A stretch of 64,000 nt of DNA from Polyangiales bacterium (GCA_964202905.1 CAXNJO010000001.1:544001-608000); one strand, 5' to 3'. Positions 29,367 to 40,409 are shown, counted from the first letter of the stretch. A program made the numbers and translations. Notes: generated from the sequence alone by a model not told the origin.

Positions 29367-31438
29367 CCGCCGACACGCGCAAGGACAAGCGTGCGAACCT
29401 CCAGCTGAAGGTCCGCTACAAGAGCGCCACCGTCGACGAGTTCATTGAGCAGTACAGCATCGACATCTCGCGCGGCGGGATCTTCATCAAGCAGAAGGAG
29501 CCGATGTCCATCGGCACGCTGCTGAAGTTCGAGTTCCAGCTGAAGGACGAGTCGCGGCTCATCCAGGGCGTCGGGCGCGTCGTCTGGCGCCGCGAGGAGG
29601 GCGCCAACGGCGAGCCCGCCGGGATGGGCATCAAGTTCATCAAGATGGACGCGGAGTCGAAGCTGCTCGTCGAGCGTATCGTCGAGGCGCGCGGTGCCGG
29701 ACCAGCGGCGTACGAGGCCGGCGGCGGGGACTCAGACGCGGACGGTACGGCGGCGTCCGCGCCTGAGCCTGCGGCGGGTGTGTCGGCGGCGCGCGAGGCG
29801 TCCGCGCCCGAGGCGCCCGCGCCGACGACGGCGAGCGGCCGTTCCCAGCATCGTTTCAAGGCGACGCTGCAGTTCGACGCGAGCGCGCTGAAGGCTGCGA
29901 CGGAGCCCGCGGGGGCCGACTTCTTCCCGACGACCTCCACCGAAGCGCAGCTGCCGCCGGTGGAAGACCGCACGCAGATCCGGCACGCGAGCGAGTTCCT
30001 CGCGTCGGCGCTGGGCGCTGCGGGCATCGTCTCCGAGGCATCGCGCGAGGCCGAGGTCCGCGCCGAGGAGGCCCGCAAGCGCAGCGAGGAGATCGAGCTC
30101 GAGCGCGCCGAGGCCGCGCGCAAGGCCGCGCAGGAGGGCATGGAGTCCGCCCGCCGCGAGGCGGAGGCCCGCGCCGAGGCCCGCGCCGAGGCCGCGAAGG
30201 AGCCGGTCACCGAGGCAGCGCCGGTGTCCGCGAAGGAGCCGCTCGCAGACGCTGCGAAGGCGGCCGAGCAGAGCGAGGACGAGCGGCGCAAGGCCGTCGA
30301 GCAGCTCATGGAGAGCGCGCTCGCCGAGGCCCCCGCGCCGGCCGAGGTGCAGGTGCCCGCGTCGGCGGTGAAGGGCGCCGAGCCGGTCGGCAAGGGTGCC
30401 GTGGCCAAGGGCGCCGAGTCGACGGGCAAGGGTGCCGTGGCCAAGTCCGCGGAGGCGTCCGCCCGTGGGCGTGGCGCCGGGAAGACGCCGAGCGTCCCGC
30501 CGCCGCCGGCGCCGCGCGAGGAGCCGCGCTCGCTGACGCTGCCCATCGTGCTGGTCGTGCTGCTGGTCGGTGGCGTGGGCCTGTGGTTCGCGACGCGCGG
30601 CGGTGAGACGCCCGCAGAGGGCGCTGGCGAGGCCGCGGCGCCCGAGGCCGCCGCTGCGCCGACCGAACCCGAGCCCGAGGTGGCCGAGGCCGCGCTCGAT
30701 GCCGGCACCGCGGAGCAGGCCGCAGTCGTGGCGTTGGATGCGGGCGCGGCACTCGCAGCCCCGGTCGAGGCGCCCGCCGCGGTGCGCGTCGAGTCCGCGC
30801 AGGTCCGCATCGAGTCCACGCCGCCCGGTGCGCAGGTGCTCCTCGCCGGCGCCGAGCGCGGCGTGACGCCCCTCGCGCTCGACCTGCCCGTCGGCGCGGC
30901 GACGGCCGTCACGCTGCGGATGCAGGGCTACGTCGCGGTCACGCGCGAGGTCACGGCGCGCGTCGGCACGAACCCGCCCGTGCGCGCGACGCTGTCGGCG
31001 ATGCCGTGGGAGATCGTCGTCGAGACGGTCCCGCCGGGCGCGCGCGTCACCGCGGCGGGCCGCTCGGTCGTCACGCCGGGCACGCTCACGCTCCCGCGCC
31101 GCGCGGCGTCCACGATCGTCACCGTCAGCAAGAGCGGCTTCTCCGCACGTCAGACGCGCACACTCACGGCCGCCGAGTTCCTCGGAGCGCGGCGGAGGCG
31201 CATGCCGCGCTCACGCTCGCGCTCGCGCCTCGCCGAGCGTGTGGCCCCCGCTGCAGCCGCCTCCGTGGCCCCCGCGCCGTCGCCGCGCCCCGTGGCCGAG
31301 CCTGCGCCGCGCCCCGTGGCCGAACCTGCGCCCCGTCCTGCGCCGCGCCCCGTGGCCGAACCTGCGCCCCGTCCCGCGCCGCGTCCTGCGCCGCGCCCGG
31401 CGCCCCCGAGCGACCCGCTCCCCGAAAACCCGTTCTGA
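29363..31438 (+). CDS. TIGR02266-type PilZ domain membrane protein with PEGA domains
   Basis: RKDKR and DISRGGIFI, GRVVW, GMGIKF; TM segment; two PEGA-like repeats (IESTPPGAQV, VETVPPGARV); Pro-rich tail ending ENPF. Confidence 0.88.
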   Translation: MTADTRKDKRANLQLKVRYKSATVDEFIEQYSIDISRGGIFIKQKEPMSIGTLLKFEFQLKDESRLIQGVGRVVWRREEGANGEPAGMGIKFIKMDAESKLLVERIVEARGAGPAAYEAGGGDSDADGTAASAPEPAAGVSAAREASAPEAPAPTTASGRSQHRFKATLQFDASALKAATEPAGADFFPTTSTEAQLPPVEDRTQIRHASEFLASALGAAGIVSEASREAEVRAEEARKRSEEIELERAEAARKAAQEGMESARREAEARAEARAEAAKEPVTEAAPVSAKEPLADAAKAAEQSEDERRKAVEQLMESALAEAPAPAEVQVPASAVKGAEPVGKGAVAKGAESTGKGAVAKSAEASARGRGAGKTPSVPPPPAPREEPRSLTLPIVLVVLLVGGVGLWFATRGGETPAEGAGEAAAPEAAAAPTEPEPEVAEAALDAGTAEQAAVVALDAGAALAAPVEAPAAVRVESAQVRIESTPPGAQVLLAGAERGVTPLALDLPVGAATAVTLRMQGYVAVTREVTARVGTNPPVRATLSAMPWEIVVETVPPGARVTAAGRSVVTPGTLTLPRRAASTIVTVSKSGFSARQTRTLTAAEFLGARRRRMPRSRSRSRLAERVAPAAAASVAPAPSPRPVAEPAPRPVAEPAPRPAPRPVAEPAPRPAPRPAPRPAPPSDPLPENPF
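31281..31402 (+). repeat. Coding tandem repeats (PRPVAEPA / PRPA)
   Basis: Repeated ccgcgccccgtggccgarcctgcg units within the 3' end of the PilZ-PEGA gene. Confidence 0.8.
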
Positions 31439-31568
31439 TCCGCGGCGATGCGGGGCGTCCCTCGCTGCGCGCGAGGCCCCGCGTCGTACCCGCCACGCCC
31501 GGCCCGGACATGCGGCGCTCACCGCGTGTCGGGGAGACCGCCACGTCGCGCGTCGTCTCCCGCGCCGG

Positions 31569-32294
31569 TCAGTTGACGTCGTCGTCGTCCCGCTCGAGCG
31601 CGCGCGGGGCGACGCGCACGTTGCGCGGCCCATGGCGCGTGTCCGCGCGTGCCGACCGGAGCAGCAGCGCGAGCGCGAGCCCCGCGACGAAGCCGCCGAT
31701 GTGCGCGAAGAACGCCACCCCGCCCGCCTCGCCGGGGCTGCCGGCGCTGAGCCAGGCGCGGATGACCTCGAGCAGGATCCACACGAACAGGAACACGAAC
31801 GCCGGCACCTCGAGCAGCATGAAGAGCGGCACCAGCGCGAGCACCCGCGCCCGCGGGAAGAACACCATGTACGCGCCGAGCACGCCCGCGATCGCCCCCG
31901 ACGCGCCCACCATCGGCACGGTGCTCTCCGGCGCGATGGCCGCCTGTGCCCCGGCCGCGCAGACCCCGCAGGCCGTGTAGAACGCGGCGAAACGCGCCCG
32001 GCCGAGCGCCTCCTCGACGTTGTCCCCGAACACGAAGAGGAACCACAGGTTCCCGAGCAGGTGCGCGAGCCCGCCGTGCAGGAACATCGAGGTCAGCGGC
32101 GTCACGAGGCTGCCCGCGTGTCCGCCGTGCAGCAGCACGTCCGGGACCACGCCGAAACGCTCGAGCAGCGCCTCCCGCTCGGGCGCGCCCAGCGTCCACT
32201 GGTAGGCGTGCACGAGCACGTTCACCGCGAGCAGCGTGCGCGTCACGACGGGCGCGGTGCGCGTGCGGTGCAGGTCGCGAAGCGGGAAGAGCAT
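31569..32294 (-). CDS. Rhomboid family intramembrane serine protease
   Basis: SMFLHGGLAHLLGNLWFL, GASGAIAG and AHIGG. Confidence 0.95.
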   Translation of the reverse strand: MLFPLRDLHRTRTAPVVTRTLLAVNVLVHAYQWTLGAPEREALLERFGVVPDVLLHGGHAGSLVTPLTSMFLHGGLAHLLGNLWFLFVFGDNVEEALGRARFAAFYTACGVCAAGAQAAIAPESTVPMVGASGAIAGVLGAYMVFFPRARVLALVPLFMLLEVPAFVFLFVWILLEVIRAWLSAGSPGEAGGVAFFAHIGGFVAGLALALLLRSARADTRHGPRNVRVAPRALERDDDDVN

Positions 32295-32306
32295 GCCGCG
32301 CCCCGC

Positions 32307-34166
32307 TCAGCGCGCCCCGGCGAACGCGGCGAGCGCCGTGCCCGGCGCGACGAGCGTGAGTCGCACGCCGCGCGCGTCGCGGGCGAGGGCGACGCGCAGT
32401 GGCGCCGTCACCGCGTCGGGTGGGGGCCTGCCCGCCGAGGCCTCGGCGTCGGAGAGGAGCGCCCCCAGCGTGTCGAGGGCGTCGGGTCGGACCGCCAGTC
32501 CTACGAAGACCCGCTCGGGCAGCGCGGCGAGGCCAGCATCCGGGCCCGCGCTCGGCGTGGCGTCCGACCCCGGCGCGGCCAGTCCGGCGGCGAGCGCGGC
32601 AGCGCTGGTCGGCGCCGCGTGGGGCGTCCGTGGACTCGGTCTGGACATCGAGAGCGCCCACCGGTCCTCCCGCGTCGCGAGCGCCACGTGCAAAGGCGTC
32701 TGGGGCACCGCCTGCCCGGCACGCGGCGCCAGCCGGGCACCGCGCGAGGGCGCGCAGGGATCGAGCGGCTGCACGCGCGTCTCGCCCACCGTCGTGGGGT
32801 TGCGCGCCGCACGCACGCCCGGGCTCTCCGCGCAGCCGAGCGCCCGGCCCAGCGTGGACCGCATGAACGGCACGTCGAGCGCCGCTTGCAGGCGCGCCGC
32901 GTCGGGCGCCGTGCCCGGCCCGACCCCGCCGACCAGCGCGAACGGCCCGGATTCCGCCTGCCCCGCGGCCACCACGAGCGCCCGCCCGCGCGCGCCGCCG
33001 AGGCTCGCGACGGCCTCGCCGAGGCGCGCGGCGTCGGCCGCGGGGAGGGCGTCGCCCGCCGTCGCCGTGAGGTCCGCGAGCGCGGCCTCCCCGAAGGCCC
33101 ACGGCCCCGCGGGATCCGCAGCGAACACCGCGCCGAGCGCCGCGCCTGCCGGCATCCGCGCGAGCGTCTCGCGCTCGACCTGCGGCAGCGCGGCGAGCGC
33201 GGTGCCGAACGGCGACGACGCGGGCACGTCGACCGTGATCGTCAGCACGGCGGCCCCATGGCGCGTATCAAGAGTGATTCCAGCCGCGCCGGCGTCCGCG
33301 AGCGCGTCGAGGGGCCCCATGAGGCGGCGCTTCAGCGCCAGCGCGAGGTCGCCGAGCTCGCCGACCGCGGGCAGATCCGCGCGCGTCCGCGCGAGGTCGG
33401 CCGCGGCCTGTCGGCCGTTGAGCGTGGCGAGCGCGAGGTTCGCCGTGAGGAAGCGCCGGAGGTCGTCCGCGATCGTGCCGGGGAGGGCCTCGGCGCGGAG
33501 CGGCGTCGCGGCGCCGCCCGCGGCGTCGGCCGTCGTGGCGACGCGCGGCAGCAGCGCGCGCCCGAGGTAGGGGCCGACGTCGTGCGCGAGCGGCGCGCTC
33601 TCGGCGCAGACGAGCACGTCGTCGATCAGCGCGAGCGGCGCGCGGCCCTCGGTGGGCGCGCCGGCGACCCAGCGCAGCCCCGTGGCGGGATCCGCTGCGC
33701 CCACGGGGACGTCCGGGCCGAGGGGCGCTGCGCCCGGGTCCACGCGGAGCCGCACGGCGAGCGCCGTCGCGAGCGGCGCTTCGGGGCCCGTGCGCGCGAG
33801 CACGAACGCGACCTGCGCGTCGTCGCCGAACCGTGGCCTCAGCGCCGCAGGCAGGCCGCAGAGGGCCTCGACGAGCGCGTCGGCGCGCGTCGGCGCGGCC
33901 GCGGCGAGCATCGGCGGGAGCGCGTCGCGCAGGGTCGCGAGGTCGCGCAGCCGCCCCTCGATGCGCACCGACGCGGGGCGCGCGGGGGCCTCCAGCGCGG
34001 GCGGTGCCGGCGGCGCAGGCGGCGTCGCATCGCGCGATCCGCAGGCACCGAGGGCGGCGAGCAGCGTCGCGCCGAGCCCGTGCACACCGCGCCGTACGCG
34101 CGCGTCCGGGGTGCGGGCCCGCGGCTGTGCGGGGCGTGCGGGCGTGCGGGGCGGGCGCGTCGGCAT
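32307..34166 (-). CDS. Hypothetical lipoprotein
   Basis: Long ORF filling the gap, with lipobox LLAALGAC. Start uncertain. Confidence 0.6.
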   Translation of the reverse strand: MPTRPPRTPARPAQPRARTPDARVRRGVHGLGATLLAALGACGSRDATPPAPPAPPALEAPARPASVRIEGRLRDLATLRDALPPMLAAAAPTRADALVEALCGLPAALRPRFGDDAQVAFVLARTGPEAPLATALAVRLRVDPGAAPLGPDVPVGAADPATGLRWVAGAPTEGRAPLALIDDVLVCAESAPLAHDVGPYLGRALLPRVATTADAAGGAATPLRAEALPGTIADDLRRFLTANLALATLNGRQAAADLARTRADLPAVGELGDLALALKRRLMGPLDALADAGAAGITLDTRHGAAVLTITVDVPASSPFGTALAALPQVERETLARMPAGAALGAVFAADPAGPWAFGEAALADLTATAGDALPAADAARLGEAVASLGGARGRALVVAAGQAESGPFALVGGVGPGTAPDAARLQAALDVPFMRSTLGRALGCAESPGVRAARNPTTVGETRVQPLDPCAPSRGARLAPRAGQAVPQTPLHVALATREDRWALSMSRPSPRTPHAAPTSAAALAAGLAAPGSDATPSAGPDAGLAALPERVFVGLAVRPDALDTLGALLSDAEASAGRPPPDAVTAPLRVALARDARGVRLTLVAPGTALAAFAGAR

Positions 34167-34206
34167 GGCGGTGCCGAGCCTAGCAGCCGTGCTACGCCGG
34201 GCCGCC

Positions 34207-36168
34207 ATGCACGCGCGCGACCTCCTCGGGCCGGACGGGCCGCTCGCGCGGGCCATCCCCGGCTACGAGCACCGCGCCTCCCAGCTCGCGATGGCCGACG
34301 CCGTCGAGCAGGCGCTCGAGGCCGAGGGCGTGCTGCTCGTCGAGGCCGGCACGGGCACGGGCAAGACGCTCGCGTACCTCGTCCCTGCCATCTTGAGCGG
34401 TCGCAAAGTCGTCATCTCGACCGGCACGAAGACGCTGCAGGACCAGATCATGGAGCACGACCTGCCGCTGCTCGAGCGGCACCTCGGGCTCCCCGTGCGC
34501 GCCGCGTGCATGAAGGGCCTCGGCAACTACCTCTGCCTGCGCCGCTACGAAGAGTTCATGACCAGCGCCGACGCCGACCGCGCGCCCTTCGCGCGGCTCG
34601 TGCCCACGCTGCGCCGCTTCCGCGAGACGAGCGTCACCGGCGATCGCGGCGAGCTCTCGCTGCCGGAGGACGTGCCGATCTGGTCGCAGGTCGCGTCGTC
34701 GTCGGAGACGCGCATCGGGCAGCGGTGCGCGCACTTCGAGCCGTGCTTCGTCACGCGGATGCGCCGCGCGGCCGAAGACGCGCAGATCGTCGTCGTGAAC
34801 CACCACCTCTTCTTCGCGGACCTCGCCTCACGCGGCCCGCACGGCGGCGGCGCGATCCCGGACTACGACGCCGTGATCTTCGACGAGGCGCACCAGGTCG
34901 AGGACGTCGCGACGGAGTTCTTCGGCGTGCGCGTCTCGACGACGCGGGTCGAGACGCTGGTGCGCGACGCGCAGCGCGCGCTCGGAGCGGCAGGCTTCGC
35001 CGACGCGAGCGGGCCGCGCCTGCGCGCCGTGCTCGACGCGGCGGCGCAGTTCTTCACCGCGCTGCCGCGCCCGCCCGCGGGCACCGAGGCGCGCGCCACC
35101 GTCGAGCCGCGCGCGCTCGGTGACGCCGCGCGCGAGGCGATGCTCCGGTTCGACGCCGAGCTCGAGGCGCTCGCCGCGCATTGCAAGCTGCGCGCGGCCG
35201 CCGGCGAGGCCGTGGTGCAGATGGCCCGGCGCGCAGGGGCGATCCGCGACGACCTCTCGACCATCGTGGAAGGTGGTCAAGGCACGCGGCTCGCGAAGGG
35301 GCACGTCACCTGGACGGAGATCCGCGGCCGCAGCGTCTCGCTCGGCGCGAGCCCGGTCGACGTGAGCGCCGTCATCCGCGACGAGGTGCTCGGCCGCACG
35401 CGCGGCGTCGTCTTCACGAGCGCCACGCTCGCGACCGATGCGTCGTTCGCGTTCACGCGGCAGCGGCTCGGCATCGACTTCGAGGTCGACGAACTCGTCG
35501 TGCCCTCGCCCTTCGACTACCCGAAGCAGGCTGCGCTCTACACGCCGCGCACCATCCCGGACCCGCGCGATCCGGGCTTCCTCGACGCGGCCGCGGACGA
35601 GGTCGTCGCGCTCGTCGAGCTCACGGGCGGCGGCGCGTTCGTGCTCACGACCAGCGTGCGCGCGATGCACGAGCTCGCGCGTCGCTGCGTGCCGCGGCTG
35701 CGCAACCTCGCCTTCGTGCAGGGCGCCGCGCCGAAGGCCGCGCTGCTCGAAGGGTTCCGGCGCGATGGGCACGCGGTCCTCTTCGCGACGGCGAGCTTCT
35801 GGGAGGGCGTGGACGTGCCGGGCGACGCGCTGCGCCTCGTCGTCATCGACAAGCTGCCCTTCGACGTGCCGAGCGACCCGCTGGTCGCGGCCCGCACGCG
35901 GCGCCTCGAAGAGGAGGGGCGCGCGCCGTTCATGGAGTACCTCGTGCCCGCCGCGGCGATCGCGCTGAAGCAGGGCTTCGGGCGGCTCGTGCGCTCGCGC
36001 CGGGATCACGGGATCGTCGCGGTGCTCGACCGCCGCCTCACGACGAAGGGCTACGGCAAGGTGTTCCTGCGGAGCCTGCCGCCCGCGCAGCGTTGCGACA
36101 CGCGCGAGGCGGTCGAGGCCTTCTGGCGCGGCCTGCCGCGGGCGACCGAGTCCGAGCCGCCCTTCTGA
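34207..36168 (+). CDS. DinG/YoaA family ATP-dependent DNA helicase
   Basis: EAGTGTGKT, Fe-S cysteines (NYLC, RC..FEPC), FDEAHQ, TSATL, FWEGVD and QGFGRLVR. Confidence 0.95.
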   Translation: MHARDLLGPDGPLARAIPGYEHRASQLAMADAVEQALEAEGVLLVEAGTGTGKTLAYLVPAILSGRKVVISTGTKTLQDQIMEHDLPLLERHLGLPVRAACMKGLGNYLCLRRYEEFMTSADADRAPFARLVPTLRRFRETSVTGDRGELSLPEDVPIWSQVASSSETRIGQRCAHFEPCFVTRMRRAAEDAQIVVVNHHLFFADLASRGPHGGGAIPDYDAVIFDEAHQVEDVATEFFGVRVSTTRVETLVRDAQRALGAAGFADASGPRLRAVLDAAAQFFTALPRPPAGTEARATVEPRALGDAAREAMLRFDAELEALAAHCKLRAAAGEAVVQMARRAGAIRDDLSTIVEGGQGTRLAKGHVTWTEIRGRSVSLGASPVDVSAVIRDEVLGRTRGVVFTSATLATDASFAFTRQRLGIDFEVDELVVPSPFDYPKQAALYTPRTIPDPRDPGFLDAAADEVVALVELTGGGAFVLTTSVRAMHELARRCVPRLRNLAFVQGAAPKAALLEGFRRDGHAVLFATASFWEGVDVPGDALRLVVIDKLPFDVPSDPLVAARTRRLEEEGRAPFMEYLVPAAAIALKQGFGRLVRSRRDHGIVAVLDRRLTTKGYGKVFLRSLPPAQRCDTREAVEAFWRGLPRATESEPPF

Positions 36169-36181
36169 CCGCGCTTCGCCC

Positions 36182-36586
36182 TCAGCCGATGGGCTCGACC
36201 TGGGTGGCGGTGCCGTAACAGAGCACCTCCGTCACGCCCGCGGCGACCTCGTTCGCGTCGTAGCGGACGCCGAGGATGGCGTTCCCACCGAGCTCGGCCG
36301 CGTGCTTGAGCATCAGCTCGAAGGCGTCGCTGCGCGCGCGCTCGCAGAGCTCGGCGTAGAGCGTGATGTTGCCGCCGACGAGGATCTGCAGCGAGGCCGC
36401 GAAGTTCCCGACGATGCTCCGCGAGCGCACGACGATCCCGCGCGCGACGCCGAGCGAGCGCACCGCGCGGTAGCCGGGCAGCTCGAACGCCGTGCTCACC
36501 ATGAAGGGCTCGACGACGCGGTGTGCCGAGGCCGAGAGGTTGGCGAGGCCGCGGCGCGCGAGCACCCCACGCGAATTGTCGGTCAT
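36182..36586 (-). CDS. YbjQ / UPF0145 family protein
   Basis: [23 protein letters not shown] and EVLCYGTA. Confidence 0.9.
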   Translation of the reverse strand: MTDNSRGVLARRGLANLSASAHRVVEPFMVSTAFELPGYRAVRSLGVARGIVVRSRSIVGNFAASLQILVGGNITLYAELCERARSDAFELMLKHAAELGGNAILGVRYDANEVAAGVTEVLCYGTATQVEPIG

Positions 36587-36611
36587 GGAGGGGGAGGGTA
36601 CAACCGCGTCC

Positions 36612-38129
36612 ATGCACCGCAACGCGCACGCTCGGACGGTCTCGCGCCTCGCGCTCGCGTCGGCGCTCACGCTCCTCGCGTGCACGCCGCGTCGGCGCGT
36701 CCCCGAGGAGGGCGTCCACACGGGCCCCGCGTCGGCGTCGACGCCCGGGCGCGCGCCGGGCGGGCGCCGCGTCGACCCTTCCGCGGTGCGCGTCGGCACG
36801 AAGCGCGGCGTGCTCGATGCGCTCGCCGACCTCGACGACACGCCGGAGCCGCTGCTGCGGCGTCCGGACGAGACGGTCGGCGCGATCGCCTCGCCGGAGA
36901 CGCTCGACGTCGCGGCGCCGGCCCACGGCTGCGTCGCGCTGACGCGTGCGCCGACGCGCGCGCTCGCCGAGGGCGGCCCCGCGGCGATCGTGTCGACGCT
37001 GAGCGGCTTCGTCGTCGCGGGCTACCTGTCGGGCGTCGGCGGGGAGTCGGTCTCCGTGGTGCGGCTCTCACCGTCGTCGCCGACGACGCCGATCGCGACG
37101 CTCCCGCTCGGTGCGTCGTCCCCGACGCCGCGCGTCGCGCCGCCCGCGCTCGCGGCCCTCGACGACGGTCGCGTCCTGCTCGCGGCGACCGACGCGCGCG
37201 GCGAGGTCCGCGCGGGCGTGCTCGGTGTGAGCGCGCCCGCGATGCGGCCAGCGCTCGCCTCCATCGGGCGCGGCGCCGATCTCCGATTTCCGCCTGCGAT
37301 CGCGCCCTTGCGTGGCGGTGCGGCCGCGGTCGCCTGGACGGACGGCAGCGCGACGCCGATGCGCGTCCGTCTCGCCGTCGTGCTCCCGGACGGACGCGTC
37401 ACCGCGACGCACGACCTCACGCCGGAGTCGCTCGGCGCGAGCGCGCCCGTCGCCACACGCGTCGCCGACACGCCGGAGCTCGTCTTCCTCGACGCGCGCG
37501 GCGGGCTCTCGCCGGTGGTGCGCGTGGCGCTCGGCGAGGACGGCACGCCGCGGCCGCCGCAGATCGAGCGCCCGCTCAGCACCGTGTCCGAGCCCGCGCG
37601 GATCGCGGCGGGCCACCTCGGCGCGCGCCGCTTCGTCGCGTACACGGCGATCGGCCGCGCGGCGACGAGCGCGATCGGCGTCGTCGAGCTCGGGGGCACG
37701 CTGCCGCCCGTGCCGCTCGTGCCCGGTGAGGGCTACGGCCCGCTGCACATCGACGCCGTGAGCGCGCCGGCGGCCGTCGTGTTCGCGTTGACGCGGCCGC
37801 GCGCGGGGATCGCGCCGACCGAGCGCTTCCACGCCTCCGCGGAGGTGCGCCTCGTCGACGACGCGGGGCCCGGCCCGGCGCTCCCCGTCGGCGCGCCCGA
37901 GGAGCCCGCCTCGCACGTCGCCCTCGCGCGCGGCGACGACGGCACGCTCGGCGTCGCCGTCACGAGCGCGGCCGGCGTCTCCGTGTCGTGGCTGCGCTGC
38001 GCCGACCGCGGCGCGCCCATCCCCGCGCCGTCGCGGCCTGCAGCCTCCTCGCGGCCTGCGGCGCCGTCGCGGCCTGCAGCGTCCTCGCGGCCCGCTGTGC
38101 CGTCGCGCGCCCCGGGTCGAAGTCGCTGA
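36612..38129 (+). CDS. Hypothetical lipoprotein (predicted beta-rich)
   Basis: Lipobox LTLLAC; long ORF with typical codon usage. Confidence 0.7.
   Translation: MHRNAHARTVSRLALASALTLLACTPRRRVPEEGVHTGPASASTPGRAPGGRRVDPSAVRVGTKRGVLDALADLDDTPEPLLRRPDETVGAIASPETLDVAAPAHGCVALTRAPTRALAEGGPAAIVSTLSGFVVAGYLSGVGGESVSVVRLSPSSPTTPIATLPLGASSPTPRVAPPALAALDDGRVLLAATDARGEVRAGVLGVSAPAMRPALASIGRGADLRFPPAIAPLRGGAAAVAWTDGSATPMRVRLAVVLPDGRVTATHDLTPESLGASAPVATRVADTPELVFLDARGGLSPVVRVALGEDGTPRPPQIERPLSTVSEPARIAAGHLGARRFVAYTAIGRAATSAIGVVELGGTLPPVPLVPGEGYGPLHIDAVSAPAAVVFALTRPRAGIAPTERFHASAEVRLVDDAGPGPALPVGAPEEPASHVALARGDDGTLGVAVTSAAGVSVSWLRCADRGAPIPAPSRPAASSRPAAPSRPAASSRPAVPSRAPGRSR
38031..38102 (+). repeat. Coding tandem repeat, 4 x 18 bp (SRPAAS/P)
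   Basis: 18-bp units at 38031, 38049, 38067 and 38085; the first three begin tcgcggcctgc, the fourth tcgcggcccgc. Confidence 0.8.
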
Positions 38130-38159
38130 TTGTCCTTTGATTACAAGCTTTTACGCGGA

Positions 38160-39158
38160 CTAGTAGCTCGCGGTGCCGGCGCTCGGCGCGCCGCTCGAGG
38201 TCGCGAGGGGCGCGCGCGTCGCGAACGCGACCTCCCAGCCGTCGCCCGGCATCAGCGCGGTCTCCGAGACCGTGAAGAACTGGAAGCCGCCCGAGGTGCC
38301 GGCCGGGAAATCCGTGAGCGCCGCCGCAGGGACGGTGCCGGTGAAGGTCGTCACGCCGAAGCGGCAGCGCACCGACACGCTGCTCCCGGCCGCGTTCATC
38401 CCGTTGAAATTGACCTCGACGTTGCCCGTCGGGCCGCCCGCATTCCACGCGACGGCGAAGTCCCCGCTCGTCGGCACGCTCAGCGCGACGCCGTCCGTGA
38501 GCGCCGGCATCGTGAGCGTCGCCGGGCTCGCCGACGTCACCATCCCGCTGAACGCGGGCACGCCGCCATCCGCGTCACCGGTCGCGCTCACCGAGAGCGC
38601 CGCGCCCGGCCCGAAGAGCGACATCGTCTGCGTCGCGAGCGGGTAGCGCGCGTCCATGCCCGGCTCGAGCGTCACCATCTGGGCGCCGCTCGTGACGGTG
38701 ACCGTCCCCGCGGTTCGCGCGACCGCGCTGCCGGCGCCGGGCTCGCACACCGACACGGTGCACGGCCCCTCGTCGCGCACCACGCAGCGCCCAGACTCGC
38801 CCGCCGGCGTCTCGTCGAACGCGGCGAGCACGAACGCCGCCGTGCTGCTGCTCTGCGCGAGCACCGCCCCGACGCGCGTCGCCTGCGGGCCCGCGTCCCC
38901 GGTGCTGGCGTCCCCCGCTGCGCCGTCGGTCGCGCCGTCCGTCGCCGCGTCGCGCACGCCCGCATCGCCCATGTCGCCGACGCCGAGGTCGATCGACGGT
39001 CCGCCGAGCGGCACGCAGCGGTTGGCCTCGCAGCGCTGCGCGAGCGACGCGCAATCCGAGTCGATCACGCACTCGGCGTCCGAGCCGCAGCCCGCGAGGA
39101 GCCCGAGCAGGGCCGGGACGAGCACGAAGGGAGCGGAGCGCGGGGACGCGATCGACAT
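38160..39158 (-). CDS. Hypothetical Cys-containing lipoprotein
   Basis: MSIASPR...LLGLLAGC lipobox; CxxDSDC motif; DAG/DMG linker typical of myxobacterial surface proteins. Confidence 0.78.
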   Translation of the reverse strand: MSIASPRSAPFVLVPALLGLLAGCGSDAECVIDSDCASLAQRCEANRCVPLGGPSIDLGVGDMGDAGVRDAATDGATDGAAGDASTGDAGPQATRVGAVLAQSSSTAAFVLAAFDETPAGESGRCVVRDEGPCTVSVCEPGAGSAVARTAGTVTVTSGAQMVTLEPGMDARYPLATQTMSLFGPGAALSVSATGDADGGVPAFSGMVTSASPATLTMPALTDGVALSVPTSGDFAVAWNAGGPTGNVEVNFNGMNAAGSSVSVRCRFGVTTFTGTVPAAALTDFPAGTSGGFQFFTVSETALMPGDGWEVAFATRAPLATSSGAPSAGTASY

Positions 39159-39215
39159 AGGTGCCGCGCAGCATAGACGCGCGCCGGATTGCGAAGCAAT
39201 CTCCGCGCACCTCTG

Positions 39216-40409
39216 GTGCCCCGCGAGCCCCTCTTCGGCCGTCCGTTCCTGCTCGTGAGCGTCGCGATCTTCTTCTGCGGACTCTCGCTGCACCCCTACG
39301 TGCACCTGCCGGGGTTGCTCGAGCGCTACCACGCGTCGGAGCTCACGACGGGCGTCGTCGTCGCGCTGCTCTCGGTGTCCGCGCTCCTCGTGCGGCCGCT
39401 CGTCGGGCGCGTCATGGACGCGCGCGGCCGCCGCGTCGTCATCGTCGCGGGCGGCGCGCTGCAGCTCGTCGCGTGCCTGCTCTACACGTTCGTCGACCGC
39501 GTCGGCGTCGTGCTCGTCGTCGCGCGGCTCGTGCACGGGCTCGGCGAGGGCGCGCTCTTCGCCTCGCTCTTCACCTACGCGGCCGATGTCGTGCCCGTGT
39601 CGCGCCGCACGGAAGGGCTCGGCCTCTTCGCGGTCGCGGGGATGCTCCCCGTCTCGCTCGGCGGCCTGCTCGGCGACCTCATCCTCGCGCGCGGCACATA
39701 CCGCACGCTCTTCCTCGCGACGGCCGCCCTCGCTGCGCTCGCGCTGCTCGTCGCGCTCGCCCTGCCCGAGCCGCACCGCGCGCGCGGCGCCTCCGCCGAA
39801 CCCGCGCGCGGCGGCGTGCTCGCGGTGCTCGGCCACCCCTCGCTGCGCCCGCTCTGGGTCGCCGGTGCGCTCGTCTCCATCGGCACCGGCTCGGTGTTCA
39901 CGTTCATCAAGCCTTTCGTCGAGCGCGAGCAGATCGGCAGCGTGACGCTCTTCGTGAGCGCCTACGCCGTCGCGGCCATCACGCTCCGCGTCTTCTTCGG
40001 CTGGCTCCCCGACCGCGTCGGACACGTGCGCGTCTTCTACCCGAGCCTCCTCGCGCTGAGCGGCGCCGTCGCGCTCACCGCCCTCGCGCGCACCGACGCC
40101 GCGCTCCTCGCGGCCGGCACGCTCGCCGGGCTCGGTCAGGGCCTCTCGTTCCCGGTGCTCACCGCGCTCGTCGTCGAGCGCTCCCCGGCCGAGCGGCGCG
40201 GCTCCGCGATGTCCGCGCTGACGGCGGTGTTCGATGGCGCGCAGCTCGTCGCGGGCCCGCTCTTCGGGGCGATCGCGTGGGCCTCGGACCTGCGCACGAC
40301 CTTCGCCGTCGGCGCCATCATGCCCCTCGCGGGCCTGCTCTCGTTCTGGTGGCTCGAGCGCCACGCCGCGCCTCCCGTCGCGCTCGCGCCAGCGCCGTCG
40401 ACCCCCTGA
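39216..40409 (+). CDS. MFS transporter
   Basis: About 12 TM segments; motif A GRVMDARGRR and GWLPDRVGH. Start GTG 39216 or TTG 39189. Confidence 0.92.
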   Translation: MPREPLFGRPFLLVSVAIFFCGLSLHPYVHLPGLLERYHASELTTGVVVALLSVSALLVRPLVGRVMDARGRRVVIVAGGALQLVACLLYTFVDRVGVVLVVARLVHGLGEGALFASLFTYAADVVPVSRRTEGLGLFAVAGMLPVSLGGLLGDLILARGTYRTLFLATAALAALALLVALALPEPHRARGASAEPARGGVLAVLGHPSLRPLWVAGALVSIGTGSVFTFIKPFVEREQIGSVTLFVSAYAVAAITLRVFFGWLPDRVGHVRVFYPSLLALSGAVALTALARTDAALLAAGTLAGLGQGLSFPVLTALVVERSPAERRGSAMSALTAVFDGAQLVAGPLFGAIAWASDLRTTFAVGAIMPLAGLLSFWWLERHAAPPVALAPAPSTP

